Assembly (NCBI RefSeq): GCF_006345805.1 | Contig: NC_042999.1 | Coordinates: 57,226,001-57,290,000, forward strand | Length of the DNA: 64,000 nt | DNA from: Octopus sinensis | Lineage: Eukaryota | Direction of reading: 5' to 3' | Shown: piece by piece, positions 14,599-27,529 of the stretch | Numbering within the stretch: the stretch's first letter is position 1 | How the letters are laid out: each line of letters begins with the position of its first letter | Translations under genes and position numbers: made by a program | The notes under the pieces: model-generated | Told to the model about the DNA's origin: nothing | What the model saw: the letters and a program-made list of their open reading frames with translations, nothing else | Databases searched by the model: none

Positions 14599-16724
14599 TT
14601 TAATTTCATAATAGCACGTCTATTTAAATCTTGTATCTTTACTTTTTTTTTTCATGTGATGGGCAGGGCCTATAAACAATTGCCATTGCCTTCTCAAATG
14701 TGTTGCCTGTTTTTCAATAAAATACTTACCCGCATACACTAGTTGTGAGACGAAGATTATTATTATTCCTTTTCTTTTTTCGGTGTGTTTGAATCTTTGC
14801 GACACTCAGTGACTTTCATGCGCGTTTGATGACAACTTCTCTGAAGAAATAAAAAAAGAAAACCTTTTCCTTTAGCATTTTCAAGATTCAAAGAACATCT
14901 TCAAGGAATGTTTCGTCTTACAAATATCCATTACATTTGGATTAAGGATCCATTTCATGTAAAAGGTTTAACTTCAGTTGAAGAAAACAGTCTTGCTGAA
15001 CTTCTATGTGACACGTCACTCAAGTTAAGTTTCATTCGGTACGCTTTAGTAGACTTTTAATCACATGTGAGAAAATGGGTACCCACAATTGACCTGCAAA
15101 ATACTTAAATATCTAATACCATTCCAAACAAGATATTTATATCAGAAGGCTTTTTCCCAGCTATTTTATTTTGAACCCAAATCCAAAAGCAGGATCAATG
15201 TGGAACCTAATCTCCGTTTAAAACTGACAACCATTATACATGAAATCCATAATGCTATCAACAAAACAGCATAAACGGATTAATTAAACCAGTAAAATAC
15301 CTTTTGATACGACCATTTATTTAATTGCATGTTTAATTACATATACCTGACAACCGAGCGCAGGAAAACGGGTTTACTATTAGTTAATAAAATCAGCTTG
15401 CTAAATCAATAGAGGTTTCAAGAGACTGGTCCTCTAGACAACTCGTTTAAATATACGAGGGTTTCTTGATAGTGAAAAGGTTGGGAGCAGTGTCTTATAG
15501 TCTAATTGAACTTCTTCAGCTGAGCGATAATCTAAAATTAATGTGTTTTTATAATTAATGTGTTTTTAATGTATTCGTAATTTGATACAGCCAAACTAGA
15601 TGCATCTTGTTATGTCAACCTGACCTATTTGATCAGATCTCAAGTAGTTTGCTATGGCTTGCATTATTTCTATTGTTTACCATTCATATTTTTAAAATTT
15701 ATTTTCATATTTTCTATTGGTTAATTGATTCTGAACATGTATTTTATCCTTATATTCTTATTTTTATCTTTATTTTTATCTTCTTGTTTGAGCATAATTT
15801 CCTGATATACTAAATCCTTGTCTTACTTTGATAAAGATTTGTTGACGAAGTGATTTTATGGGAATATAAAATTACACTGTGTAACAAAATTTTATAATTT
15901 TTTATTTTTTGTCTTTAGTCAGTAAGTGTTATTTTCTATTTGCTTCTATTTAGAAATCAAAGGAAATGACTAGTATTCCTTTCAAACTTTGCTTTTGAGA
16001 TCTGGACATCAATGTTTTGAAGCTGACCGATTTTCCATTACATTTTAGACGGATTCAGCGCTGGGTTACTGAAGCAGAAATATCATTATAGCAAATATTT
16101 TGCTCAATACCGATGACTTGCTTGTCACTTGCTTGACCATAGCCGCTTGAGCATGTCCCTTAGTGGCTGACAATATGGATATCTCTGATCACGAGCAGGA
16201 GTAGTAGAGGAGGGATTCTTTGGCTGTTTGAATAAATGTAACAAAATCAAAGTTTGAAGGAAATATTAGTCATTTTTCATACTTTCTAGGGGTAAGCAAA
16301 TAGAAAATAACAGTCGCTACCAAGAACAAAAATTGTTACACAGTGTTATTGAAACGAGCGTACAATCGAAGGCTTCAAAATGTCAATAATTTATTTTCAA
16401 TTATTCTTAAACACACGTGCGCGCGCATACACACACACACAATTTTGCATGTCTGTTATAGCTTCCTAGCTTTGTTCTTTTCATTTACAGTTTTTGTGAA
16501 CTCTACTGTCATCTCCGCCTATTTGCATTATTTCTTGGACGCGAATTTATTGTTGTTCGAAGCAAACATTTATGCAAACCTCGGTTGACTAATTTATTTT
16601 CCGTTTCAAGTATCAGAAAATTTCGATTCTGTTGCGTTCATTGATATTTATTTCCTTCATTAATTTTTGCTTTCTTTTTCAAATTGTTTTCATCTTTACT
16701 TTCAGGGTGATACAACACAACACA

Positions 16725-16795
<71 letters not shown>

Positions 16796-16941
16796 GGGCA
16801 AAACAAATAAGAATGTGCATGCACACAGACAGCACTACACACTCATATATATGCAATGCACAACAAATAAACATGCATACAGACAATTACACATGTGTAA
16901 CGAATTTCTGTTTTTACTTGACGTATCAGAAACAGTAGCCA

Positions 16942-17406
16942 CATACTCTGCTGTCTGAAACATAAGTCATACTCTGCACTCTTAAACATAAGTCATACTC
17001 TGCTGTCTTAAACATAAGTCATACTCTGCTGTCTCAAACATAAGTCATACTCTGCTGTCTCAAACATAATCATACTCTGCTGTCTGAAACATAAGTCATA
17101 CTCTGCTGTCTCAAACATAAGTCATACTCTGCTGTCTCAAACATAAGTCATACTCTGCTGTCTCAAACATAAGTCATACTCTGCTGTCTCAAACATAAGT
17201 CATACTCTGCTGTCTTAAACATAAGTCATACTCTGCTGTCTTAAACATAAGTCATACTCTGCTGTCTCAAACATAAGTCATACTCTGCTGTCTCAAACAT
17301 AAGTCATACTCTGCTGTCTTAAACATAAGTCATACTCTGCTGTCTTAAACATAAGTCATACTCTGCTGTCTTAAACATACGTCATACTCTGCTGTCTCAA
17401 ACATAA
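16942..17406. repeat. 26-bp minisatellite, ~18 copies (CATACTCTGCTGTCTCAAACATAAGT)
   Basis: Head-to-tail, near-identical units with no spacers. Confidence 0.95.
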
Positions 17407-17887
17407 ACCAACGAAAGAGATCTCTACAAGGTAGCGAAACCGACTAGAAGTAGCTGCCAAATCTCAACAAGAATGACTTGTTTGATAAGGTAGTCGTGGA
17501 TTTCCTGCAAATAGGAAAACCACGGGATGGTCTTTCTTCATGGATTTGCTGCTTTGTTAGTGATGACCTAGGGTCATAAAACAACAAGAAGAATACCAAC
17601 AAAAAAAATCATACATCACTTACACTCTAGTGGTCGCTCGATGAGCTACAAACAGTAGTCAAATTTCCACCAAATCACATCCTTCTTCCCTAAAGATACA
17701 CCCCTTGGATAATGTGGTTCTGACTTCATTCTACACGAGAAAAGAGATTGCTGGTCAAGCTGGATTGTCTTTGATCATTGGTCAACACGATCAGGTTTGC
17801 TCAGTAACAACAAATGGATTTCATCCTCTTCGCATTATTAAAACAACGCTGTTAGGCAACGAGCCGACAGAATCATTAGAACAACAA

Positions 17888-19755
17888 AATACAGGGAAAA
17901 AACGGGTAGGGTAGGAGTAAGCAGCAGAAGATGGAGAAGGAAGAAACAACAGGCCGCATACCCCCAGAACAAAGAGTGTGCTCAGCCACGCCCCGAGGTC
18001 ATGACCGTGATGGCGTTGCTGCGGAGAATGGCGAAGGACACTTGCCGCAGCAGCCACTCAATTTCGCGGGATTCATTTCTCAGACGAGCTGCAGTTATGT
18101 CGATTTGGGTAAGACAGGAAAAAATGGAAGAAATCAGCTCGTCAGATATTAGCTACACTGAGGTGTCCGATTCTGAGCAGTCGGACATTCCGTGGGCGAA
18201 CAGAAATGAAAGAAGCTACGTAAGAGTGTCTAAGGTGTCAGACTGTAGGGTAAATTTGAGAGAATGGAAGAAGTACTCCAAAATAATGAAAAAGGACAGA
18301 ACAAAGGTAGAAGTAACCGCGTCAATGGAGATAATTGATAAAATAGCGAGATGTACGGTAGTGTATAAAACACACTCAGTGGCAGAAGGAAGAATCAAAG
18401 AGATGACCACGACCCAAGTGGAGAAGGTATAAAGGCACGTATGGAAGGATATAAAGTATTTAACAAGAGGCAATAAATACGGTACAATTAAAGTCCAATT
18501 TAATGATGTAGGCAGTGCAAGTTTAAACTCGTCAATAATATTGAAGAACGAGGACGTAGCGTTGTTGCCAATATGTGGTGGTAAGAGTGCTATAAAGGTC
18601 AACGTAGTGGGAATTTGCCCCCCCCCCACCCGGGCGTCGACGCAGCCTGGACAATAGCTGCAATCTTGCTTGGTAACGAGGAATAGATGGAGGTTCTCCA
18701 GGTCACCAAAACGGAAACAAGGAACTGGAAAGGACAATCCCTAAATATGGTGACATGGGGAACGAACGATATAATAGAAGAGCTACCGAAGACAATAGTG
18801 TTTGGAGACACAACAATGGTAGTCAGGGTAGAGGGCAGGATACCCAGGTGCTACAAGTGTGGCCAGAAAGGTCACATTAGAGCAAACTGCCCTCTACAAG
18901 GAAAAAAAAGGAAGAACCAGTAAAAGAAAAGGAGGAAACAATGCCACCACCAGCAGAAACAGAAGAAGCAAGTGGAACAGAAGATGAATGGGTGACACCA
19001 GGAAAGAAAAGGAAGAGAAAAAGGAGGAACCCAGGTAAATAAATACTGAAACCTACCCCACCCAACTCCCTGAACCTACCCGCCCCCTCCAACACTGAAC
19101 CTACCCGCTCCCCTCCAGCACGAAAACAAACACAATCGGACACAAGTAATTCAACCTCCCCTACCCTGGAAAAAGGAAGAAAGGAACCTACGTAATAATG
19201 TACAATAACACAAATAAAAAATTGTGTGAAGAGATAAAAAAGTTGGAAAAACATTAGAGCGGTGGACACTCGCAGGTTCGATTACGTGCAAGGGTGGCAT
19301 TGCTGCCTGTTGTTGGACGAGAACCAAAGGGAGAAAACTTTTTAATTTAAAAAAAGGATATAAAATATGGCAAGTCGATCTAGACATTCAAAATCTGCCA
19401 GAGAATATGGAGTACATGTTCTTACTGAAGGAGTATGGAGTAGACATTTTGGAAGGCTCCGGGTTCGAAAAGAAAAAAGAACAGAGGTAAAAGGAAGTCA
19501 CTCAGAGGCGGGGCTGAGAAAACTTCATTCCATTTCTCATTTTCATTTTATCATTCATTATACGCTTTTTCTTTTATTTGTTGTGTCCCCACATGTCTTT
19601 GTGTTGTCCCCTCTGCGTTGGCCCCTTGTGGGCGATAAAGAAACAGGGCTGCAGTTATGCCGATTTTGCGGAGGAAATCGACAATGCGAGGTTCGAGAAC
19701 ACCTGAGGTCTCGACGGCGACTGGCACAAACTGATAACGGCTGATCAGGCCCCTT
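17888..19755 (-). mobile_element. 5'-truncated CRE-like (RLE-type) non-LTR retrotransposon, split by an insertion
   Basis: Joining 19667-19750 to 17982-18106 gives YQFVPVAVETSGVLEPRIVDFLRKIGITAARLRNESREIEWLLRQVSFAILRSNAITVMTSGRG*, the typical CRE-clade RLE C-terminus (FxPxAxETxG...QRxSxAIxRGNA). Confidence 0.8.
18107..19647 (+). mobile_element. ORF1-only non-autonomous Tx1/L1-type retroelement (HAL1-like), decayed
   Basis: 19-bp TSD GCTGCAGTTATG(T/C)CGATTT (18088-18106, 19648-19666). ATG at 18124. ORF1 homology including VEGRIPRCYKCGQKGHIRANC zinc knuckle. No ORF2. 3' tail TCCCCTCTGCGTTGGCCCCTTGTGGGCGATAAAGAAA like the Tx1 tail. Confidence 0.8.
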
Positions 19756-20284
19756 GTTTAGCGGCAGTTCTTCCGACTCTCTACGTTCTGAATTCAAATT
19801 TCATCGATATTAACTTCGCTTTCAACCTCCTGGGGCCGATAGAATAAAATTACAGCCAAGCACTGAGGTCAGTTTAATTGATTCTCCTTACCCATTTTCT
19901 TGCCTTATGTCAAAATTTGAAATAATCATTAACAAATACACTACATACATACATACATACATACATACATACATACATACATAAAAAGGCCGATCATGAG
20001 ATTTTGCATCCGAACTTCCTCTCCAAGTCGCAAGCCTAAGTAAGATTTTCGTGGAAAAACAGCAGTTTCCGGTGTCTACAAATCTGTCCTCTCCCTACTA
20101 CTAATAATGTCCAAGGGATAAGGCCGCCACCTTATGGGCAATACAGTTTGGTATCAGTACTGTCGCATATATTGCCATCAAAATACAAAGAGCTGGGACA
20201 GATACCGTAATGTATTTCGCTCGATGTTCTAACAGTTCTGCCACTCCACCAGCCTAAATCGCTACTTTTCTATTGCCTTTAAAC

Positions 20285-21110
20285 CAGTGATTCTCGACCA
20301 TTTTTTACCCATGGACCCCTACGATTCCTATTTTACTTAAATGGATTCTAGTAAACATTCGATGTTTTAAAAAATCCCACAATTTCATAATTGAATATTA
20401 TTAGGAATTGTATGAAATAGTTGTTAAAATATTTTGTGTGTTGTGGAAGTTTAATCAGTTGATTACATAGAAAAACTATTAGTTCTAAATCTCTGAACGA
20501 GAGGCTTGCAGCAACAGTACTTTAGAGTAAAGTTTATTTGCCAACGTAAAGTGGAAGGCCTGATTAGGACGAATGTTACTACTATTTAGCCCCAGCTGGA
20601 GAGGTGTTTCCTGGGGCTAAATAGTAGTAACATTCGTCCTAATCAGGACTACCACTTTAAGTCACTCCAAGTTGGTCACTCCAAGGGGTGCAAAATGTCA
20701 CTTTTCAGAAAATTGTCTGGATTTCTTTTTATCATGATAAAAAGAAATCCAGACAATTTTTTGAAAAGTGACATTTTGCTCCCCTTGGAGTGCCCAGCTG
20801 GGTTTGCCATTTCTAAAAGCCAAGAATCATTTACTATTGAAAGACTGACCAGCTGCAAAGATATCAACAATTTTTTTCTTCCTTCTCGCCTGCTTCTTCC
20901 TTTCCTTCTCTTTTTCTTTAACACTTCTTTCAGATACAAACACACGCGCGGGCGCACACTTTCTCTCTCATTTTCTCCCCATTCCTCACTCTAATTTATT
21001 ACACATAAATTTTAATAGCAAACTCATGTGAACTCGCAAAAACCATGTGAACCCGCAAAGGCCAAGTGGACCCGCAAAGGCCATGATAGACCCTAGTTAA
21101 GAACCCAATG
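20285..21110. mobile_element. hAT/Charlie MITE with nested palindromic inserts
   Basis: TIR CAGTGATTCTCGACC / GTTAAGAACCCAATG; 8-bp TSD CTTTAAAC / CTCTAAAC; same family as 13465-14107. Confidence 0.75.
20547..20792. repeat. Two adjacent long palindromes (hairpin MITE-like)
   Basis: 20547-20659: ~49-bp arms with a 15-nt loop. 20677-20792: 58-bp arms, no loop, 2 mismatches. Confidence 0.9.
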
Positions 21111-21463
21111 CTCTAAACGGTTGCATATGAAAATTGACTTTGGGTGGGATTTCAGATATTTGAAACAACGACTCGAAGCATTTTGTCAGAAGTACCAGCA
21201 CTTTCTATTCGCCACCCATAACCGCCCTACGACACAAAATAATACAGTTCTAGATGCTTATGGATCTCTCCCTCTCCTCCCCGATCTCTATCCCCTCCAA
21301 CCTGTTTGCTCTCTTTTTCTTTGTTTCTCTCTTCCCAATATATGCATTTTCTTTCTTTCTTTCTTTCGTTATTAATTTATTCTTTTTCTTTCCTTCTTCC
21401 TTTCTTTCTTTTAAAAACATCTGATAGGAATATAATAAATATTTCCCATAATCACCACAAATG

Positions 21464-21523
<60 letters not shown>

Positions 21524-21562
21524 TATGCATGTGTGTGTGTGTGTATGTGTGTGTGTGTGTGA

Positions 21563-21838
21563 AGGCGCGTGGTTTAGCGGTCAGGGTAATCGGCTCACGC
21601 GATTTCGATTCCCGGCGATGCATTGTGTCCCTGAACATGACACTTTATTTCACGTTACACCAGTTCACTCAACTGGTAAAAGTGAGTTGTACCTGTCATT
21701 CAAAGGGCTGGCTTTGTCACGTTCTGTGTCACGCTGAATCTTCCTGAGAACTACGTTAAGGGTATGCGTGTCAGTGGTATGCTCAGTCACTTGCACGTGA
21801 TCGACTGGAACCCTCGTCATCGTAACCGATGGAGTGCC
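21563..21838 (+). mobile_element. tRNA-derived SINE family 3 variant
   Basis: GGCGCGTGGTTTAGCGGTCAGG...TTCGATTCCC head and TGTGTCCCTGAACATGACACTT core. Confidence 0.75.
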
Positions 21839-21856
21839 ATATATATATATATATAT

Positions 21857-22018
21857 ATCTTTTACTTGTTTAAGTCATTTGACTGCGGCCATGCGGGTGC
21901 ACCACCTTTAGTCGAGCAAATCGACCCCAGAACTTATTCTTTGTTAGCCGAGTACTTATTCTATCGGTCCCTTTTGCCGAACTGCTAAGTTATGGAGACG
22001 TAAACACACCACCATCAG

Positions 22019-22097
<79 letters not shown>

Positions 22098-22259
22098 CGA
22101 CGGCCTTCTTTCAGTTTCCATCTACCAAATCCACTCACAAGGCTTTGGTCGGCCCGAGGCTATAGTAGAAGATACTTGCTCAAGGTGCCACGCAGTGGGA
22201 CTGAACCCGGAACCATGTGGTTGGTAAACAAGCTACTTACCACACACCCACTCCTGCGC
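21857..22259 (-). mobile_element. tRNA-derived SINE family 1
   Basis: Near-complete copy with internal (TA)n. Confidence 0.9.
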
Positions 22260-22441
22260 TATATTTAACTTGGTATAAGAAGAGACAAAGATTTAGATAA
22301 TCATTCTATATTTATGATTTACATCAACATAAATCAATATAATAAATACATAAATACATACATAGATATAACAGAAATTACATCAAGACATTTTATGTTA
22401 TAATTTTATGTTATATCTTTGTATTAATTTATATATTTAAT

Positions 22442-23766
22442 ACCTGTTAGTCCTGGCGTTGCTCGTGTTTTCCATGTTGAAGTTAAGCCCACTTCTGACC
22501 TTATATTGAAATCTTCTACATTCCCCGTGCAAACTATTACTCATTAAGATGTTATATCTTGTTCGGCAAGGATTTTATCCGGTTAACGCTTTCGACATAC
22601 TCCTACATACTGGACCGTCTGAAATCGCCGTCAAACTTTTGGGTGTACCTCGACCCGTTGAGAGTGATGTTTGTTTTCTCTCCCCTTAATACCACCCTCT
22701 GTACAAAATTTATCAGCGTGTCCAATCTCAGCAAAATCCGAAGAAAAGTGTTAGGGTTATCTCATAAAATAGAATCATGTGACTTTTTACATGAAAATAT
22801 CTCATTGGCTTTTAAATCCCAAGACATTATATGAATAATCGATGTTTCATATGTCGAAGTGCTCATGGGTCAATTTTCTTCAAAACCAGTTCATTATTTT
22901 ATTGTGAGTGAATTTTGACGATTTCTGCCTTTCACCAGTTTAATTGTTATTCTACTACATGACTCCGACCATAAACTTTACCTAAATGTCAAATTTCATC
23001 CAAATCGGATGAATTCTGTAAAAGTTACAGCATAAAATATTGATCCTATGGGTAATTGCATACAAAAAGTCTCTTGATTTCTTAAAACCCCCCTGCTCAG
23101 GCACAATTATCGATTTTTTGTCAACTCTTCATGCTGGCATCAATTAATGGACATGAACTGTAATCACGTGTAAAATTTCTACAAAATCAATAAGAGTATC
23201 TCTAAGGAAATGTTTATATACATTTGTGCCCTTTTACAGCCCCTTTACAGCCCTTTTGAATTAAATAAGTACCTTTACCATCTTCCCCATCACAAAGTTT
23301 ACCTAAATCTCAAATTTCATTAAAATTGAATAAAAAATATAAAAGTTACGGCCAAAAATAAAATCCCTGTGGATATTTGCAAGCAAAAAGCCTATTGATT
23401 TTATAAAACCTCTGCTCAGACGCAATTATCGATTTTGTCTCAATGCCATATACTGACATCAACTCACTGCCATGAGCCTCGTTCACTCATCGATTTTCAT
23501 CAAAATCGGACAAAAAAACAAATGCTGCAGGAAAAATAACATCGTTATGGGAATTTTCATTCAAACGCCCGATTGAGCTCACAAAAATTGATGCCAACTG
23601 AGCATTGTCTAGTTTTCGAAAAATTCCGGCCTTATTTGAACTTCAAGGCATGTGATCTACCTATGTGCCAAAAGTCATTAAAATCGGTTGGACGGTGGGG
23701 TAAGGGGGTTAGAACAACCCCAAGCACCCATACAGACAGACACCATTACACATTTATGTATATAGA
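22442..23766 (-). mobile_element. Non-autonomous Helitron-like element with ~300-bp internal subrepeats
   Basis: Minus strand starts TCTATATACATAAA...TGTCTGTCTGT and ends CGAGCAACGCCAGG hairpin; recurrent AAATTTCATCCAAATCGG motifs; subrepeats at ~22970-23200 and ~23290-23520. Confidence 0.6.
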
Positions 23767-25754
23767 TTATGTTGATGTAAATCTCAAATATAAAATGATT
23801 ATCTAAATTTTTTCTCTTATTATACCAAGCCATATAATGTCTAACGTCTCGAGTTCGACCTGAGCACTTCCAAACAATCGGGTAAAAAAGACTTTTTCGA
23901 AAGTAAAAAGCAATATTATATATATATGTAAAGTATGCATGTACGTATGTATACTTGTATATATGCATGTGTGTATGCATGTATGTATGTATGTATGTAT
24001 GTAGGTAGGTAGGTAGGTAGGTAGGTTGGTAGGTAGGTAGGTAGGTAGGTAGGTAGATATGTGCTGAGAAGCGTCGCTGGTAACATAATCCGTACCAACT
24101 ACCATTTGCGTGTACTTGTATATATAAATGCAAATGTACATGTGAGATGGCTATAACTTCTTTGAACCGTACTGTTTTTGTAGATCTAGCCTATTTATTT
24201 TTTCTTCAAGCCATTTAACATCTTCAGTGAATCTAAAGAGTGATATTCGTGTTGCACAAGTATTTTTTATAAAATTTCAGATAACGGTTCTTTTTGCATC
24301 GCATTTTACTTCCGTGCCTGTCCAGACTCCAATTCCTTAGATTCACAAGCAAACGGAAGGTCTTTCGTTGTGGCAAGCGTGGTATCATACACATCACCGA
24401 CAATGAAATATCACCAGTTCCATAATTTCCTCGTTTATGAAGTGCACACGAAACATGTATAGCTGGGACGCATACACGATTCTTTGTAACTCTGTAGGGT
24501 TACGTTCACCGCTGAAAAAGGCCGTCGGTGTCTTGAAAGTTTGTCATACAAACCCGTGACAGTAAGGTACTGCATCTTAAAAAGGAAATTGATGGGAGTG
24601 CAAAAGATAGCCACCATCTATGTTTGTCAGTGTGATATATTGTCAGTTATATCAAAATTTCTCGCAGTAGTACAATGCTGTAAGGTTTGTAGGTGGAGAG
24701 ATATAGCTTATTGAAGCTATCTCATCACTTGTGCGAATGTTTTTGCCGTTATTGTTTTCAGTTATATTTTTATTTATTGGACTGCGGCCGTTCACGCTAA
24801 TGATGGTAACGCCGATGTTGCAGTTGTCGTCGTTATCGTCGTTATTGCTGTTTAACTCTAGGTCAAGCAGACCTGTGGCCTGAATCATTATTATGTGAAC
24901 AGGCTATTATTAGAAACCGTACTTATCCTATCTTTTTAATAGCTTAATCAGAGGATAATGATCAACATCCATGGCCGTTTTTATAGTTTCCATGACTGGT
25001 AGGAGGACGGGAAAAAATATTATCCTCAGATCATAAAACCAATTTGAATGCTTCCAACAGAATGGACATTCGTAAAGGCGTTCATGACCCAGTTTAACAC
25101 CATTAGGTGTTAATCTGTGTAACGGATTAAGTCTACCAAGAACAAGGATCGTCTCTACTACGAACTTCGTTGACAAGGCTTTGCTTGACCTTAGACTAGG
25201 GTATTTAAGACTGTAGCTTTAAATTGCATAGTTGGCATTTTGCAGGCTAATCGACCACATAGAGACTTTCGTTGGTTCGTACCTCATTATTGCTGTCGGT
25301 TGAGTAATGGGCAAAGATAACCTCTAAGATCTTTGAACTCGGAACGTATATACTTCGTTATATTTATCCATCATTTTACCGTTTCTGCTACATGAATGCT
25401 CTCACGAAAAAACGATAAGTGTTGTTATTTTGTTCCTTGATTAATTCGGATTATACAGACCTATGATCAAAGAGTTCTAACTATGACCAGGCCATTCATC
25501 TTCAAAAGATCAATAAATATAAACTAGTCAAGTACTAGAATCAATTTAATCGGCTCCTCCCTTGGGTGGCTCTTCATATGCTAGTAATCATTACTAATAC
25601 AGAGAACAGCTGTAGAGTTTCGGCGCATCAGTAAAATCACTATATCGCTTTATTGACTAACTTGAGTATTCTTTTCAGTTCTCTATAGCCTTTGTTCAAA
25701 TCGCATCGAGGTCCATAAACAAAATACCAGTCCAATACTGGGATCAATCCCCCC

Positions 25755-25809
<55 letters not shown>

Positions 25810-27529
25810 CTCTCTCTCTCTCTCTCTCTCTCATTCTCTCTCTCTCTCTGTTTATGTATCTCTGAAGTGTACCAGCAATTCAAAGGTCCAGCTTTATCAT
25901 ATTGTATTACATTAATTCGACTTGATTATTGCATTAAGGACACCCACGACTTTGGAATGCTCAGCTGCTTGCATGTTCGTTTCACGAGCAGAAATCCAGA
26001 TGTTTGAACGACTCATCGTTGAGACCGACAAAGACTCAGCAACCCATCACTGTATCTGGGGTGACCTTGTCTCTTCCTCTTCTGGGGCAGTCAGGGTGGA
26101 ATTTGATGGAGATTTGGCAATCAGCCACGTACAAGTTCCTTCGTTGTTTCAGAATTAGGGATGACATCTTGTGTCGGCAGAAGGTTATACCATAAACTAT
26201 TAATGAACGGATATAAAGGAACTTAATATTCTTCAGTACATGATAGGTAATTATTTTATCGATTCTGAGGGATGAAAAGTAAAATCGGTCCCAGTGGGAT
26301 ATTTTTCTCAGAACTCGGTTCTATTAGATCAGGTCTTTACCATTTCTACCACCCCGCTACTTTGACATTATTCTTAAATTTGACTTAAGACAACATAGTT
26401 TCAAGAAGGAATTTTTATTATATCTTCATAGCTTACAGAAGGAAAGGCAATGTTCGTGACTCTTTAACGGGGCCCCAGAGATTAATGGGAAAACTGGAGG
26501 AAGTTAGATTCAAACCGAGAATCTCACCTGCCTGCTTGAAACAGATGGTGGTGGGGCTTCACTAAGGACAGTCTAGAGTAAGATGATAAACCTATCAGCC
26601 ACGATCGGGAACTGTCCCTCTGACTGGTTACAGATTCCGTCTCTCAAGTTTCCCTCACAAGACGTCGCCGGTTGATGTGAACCTACAGTAGACATTTGCC
26701 CAGTATAACATACAGTGGGATCGAACTCGAAAAGATATAGTCATAGAGTCGCGAGAAAACATATAACCTACACAACCATGTCTGCTCACTGCAGTCGATT
26801 GACAATATTACCGCTACATTTATCACTACCGCGTTATGATTTGGACTCAAAATGTACCATATTTTCCTGCGTAAAAGTTGTGTGTGTGTGTGTGTGTGTT
26901 TGCGTTTGTATTTGCGCCAGATGCTGGTTTGTCTCGGACAAAAATATCGATGGAATAACCACTAGACTTTATAAAAAATAAGTACGGTGGGCGATTTATT
27001 CGACTAAATTATTCATCTTGGTGTCCCAGCATGGGCGCAATCTAATGACTAAAACAAGTTAAAGATAAAATTTAAAAGAAGGATAGATTGACAGGCAATA
27101 CATTTAAGAATATATTATTCAAATGATCTAAGATAGTAGAGACTTGATTTGAGGGAGATTTGCTATCTTGTAGAATCACTCCGTAACACAACAGCTAAAA
27201 TATTGTTGGTCTACTTGTGTTAGTTCGGCAGGGAAGTGTTTTGCCGACTGAATTGGACATCAATGATTGATGGAAACAATATTGGTCTTTGATCAGCTGA
27301 CCTATTACGTCATTAACTGCGCTACATGATCACTTCCGCTATAGTGTGAGAAATTAACAGCTGATAAATTTCATACCTAACGATCCAATATAACTGATTA
27401 CGTCACTGGAATCTCCTCGCTTTCACAAGATTTGTTTTTTGTTTGTTATCACAATAGTAAGTCGTTGTTGCATCTGGTTATGACATCACATTGTAACCGT
27501 TAACTAGAAAACTGCATGTGTATGACTTA

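Larger units (their letters stand above)
12920..15493 (+). mobile_element. Decayed hAT (Charlie/Buster, ZBED5-like) transposase, interrupted by a MITE and SINEs
   Basis: Remnants RCAKPCTAVEELILP (~13150), CMHRGTLVAR...AVKAVNFI (~14250) and LIPFQTRYLYQKAFS...RINVEPNLRLKL (15100-15230); Charlie-like end AAAGGTTGGGAGCAGTG (~15476-15492). Confidence 0.75.

Noticed and set aside
16942-17406. CRISPR-like array
   Set aside because: Pure tandem repeat with no unique spacers, no cas genes, and a eukaryotic context.
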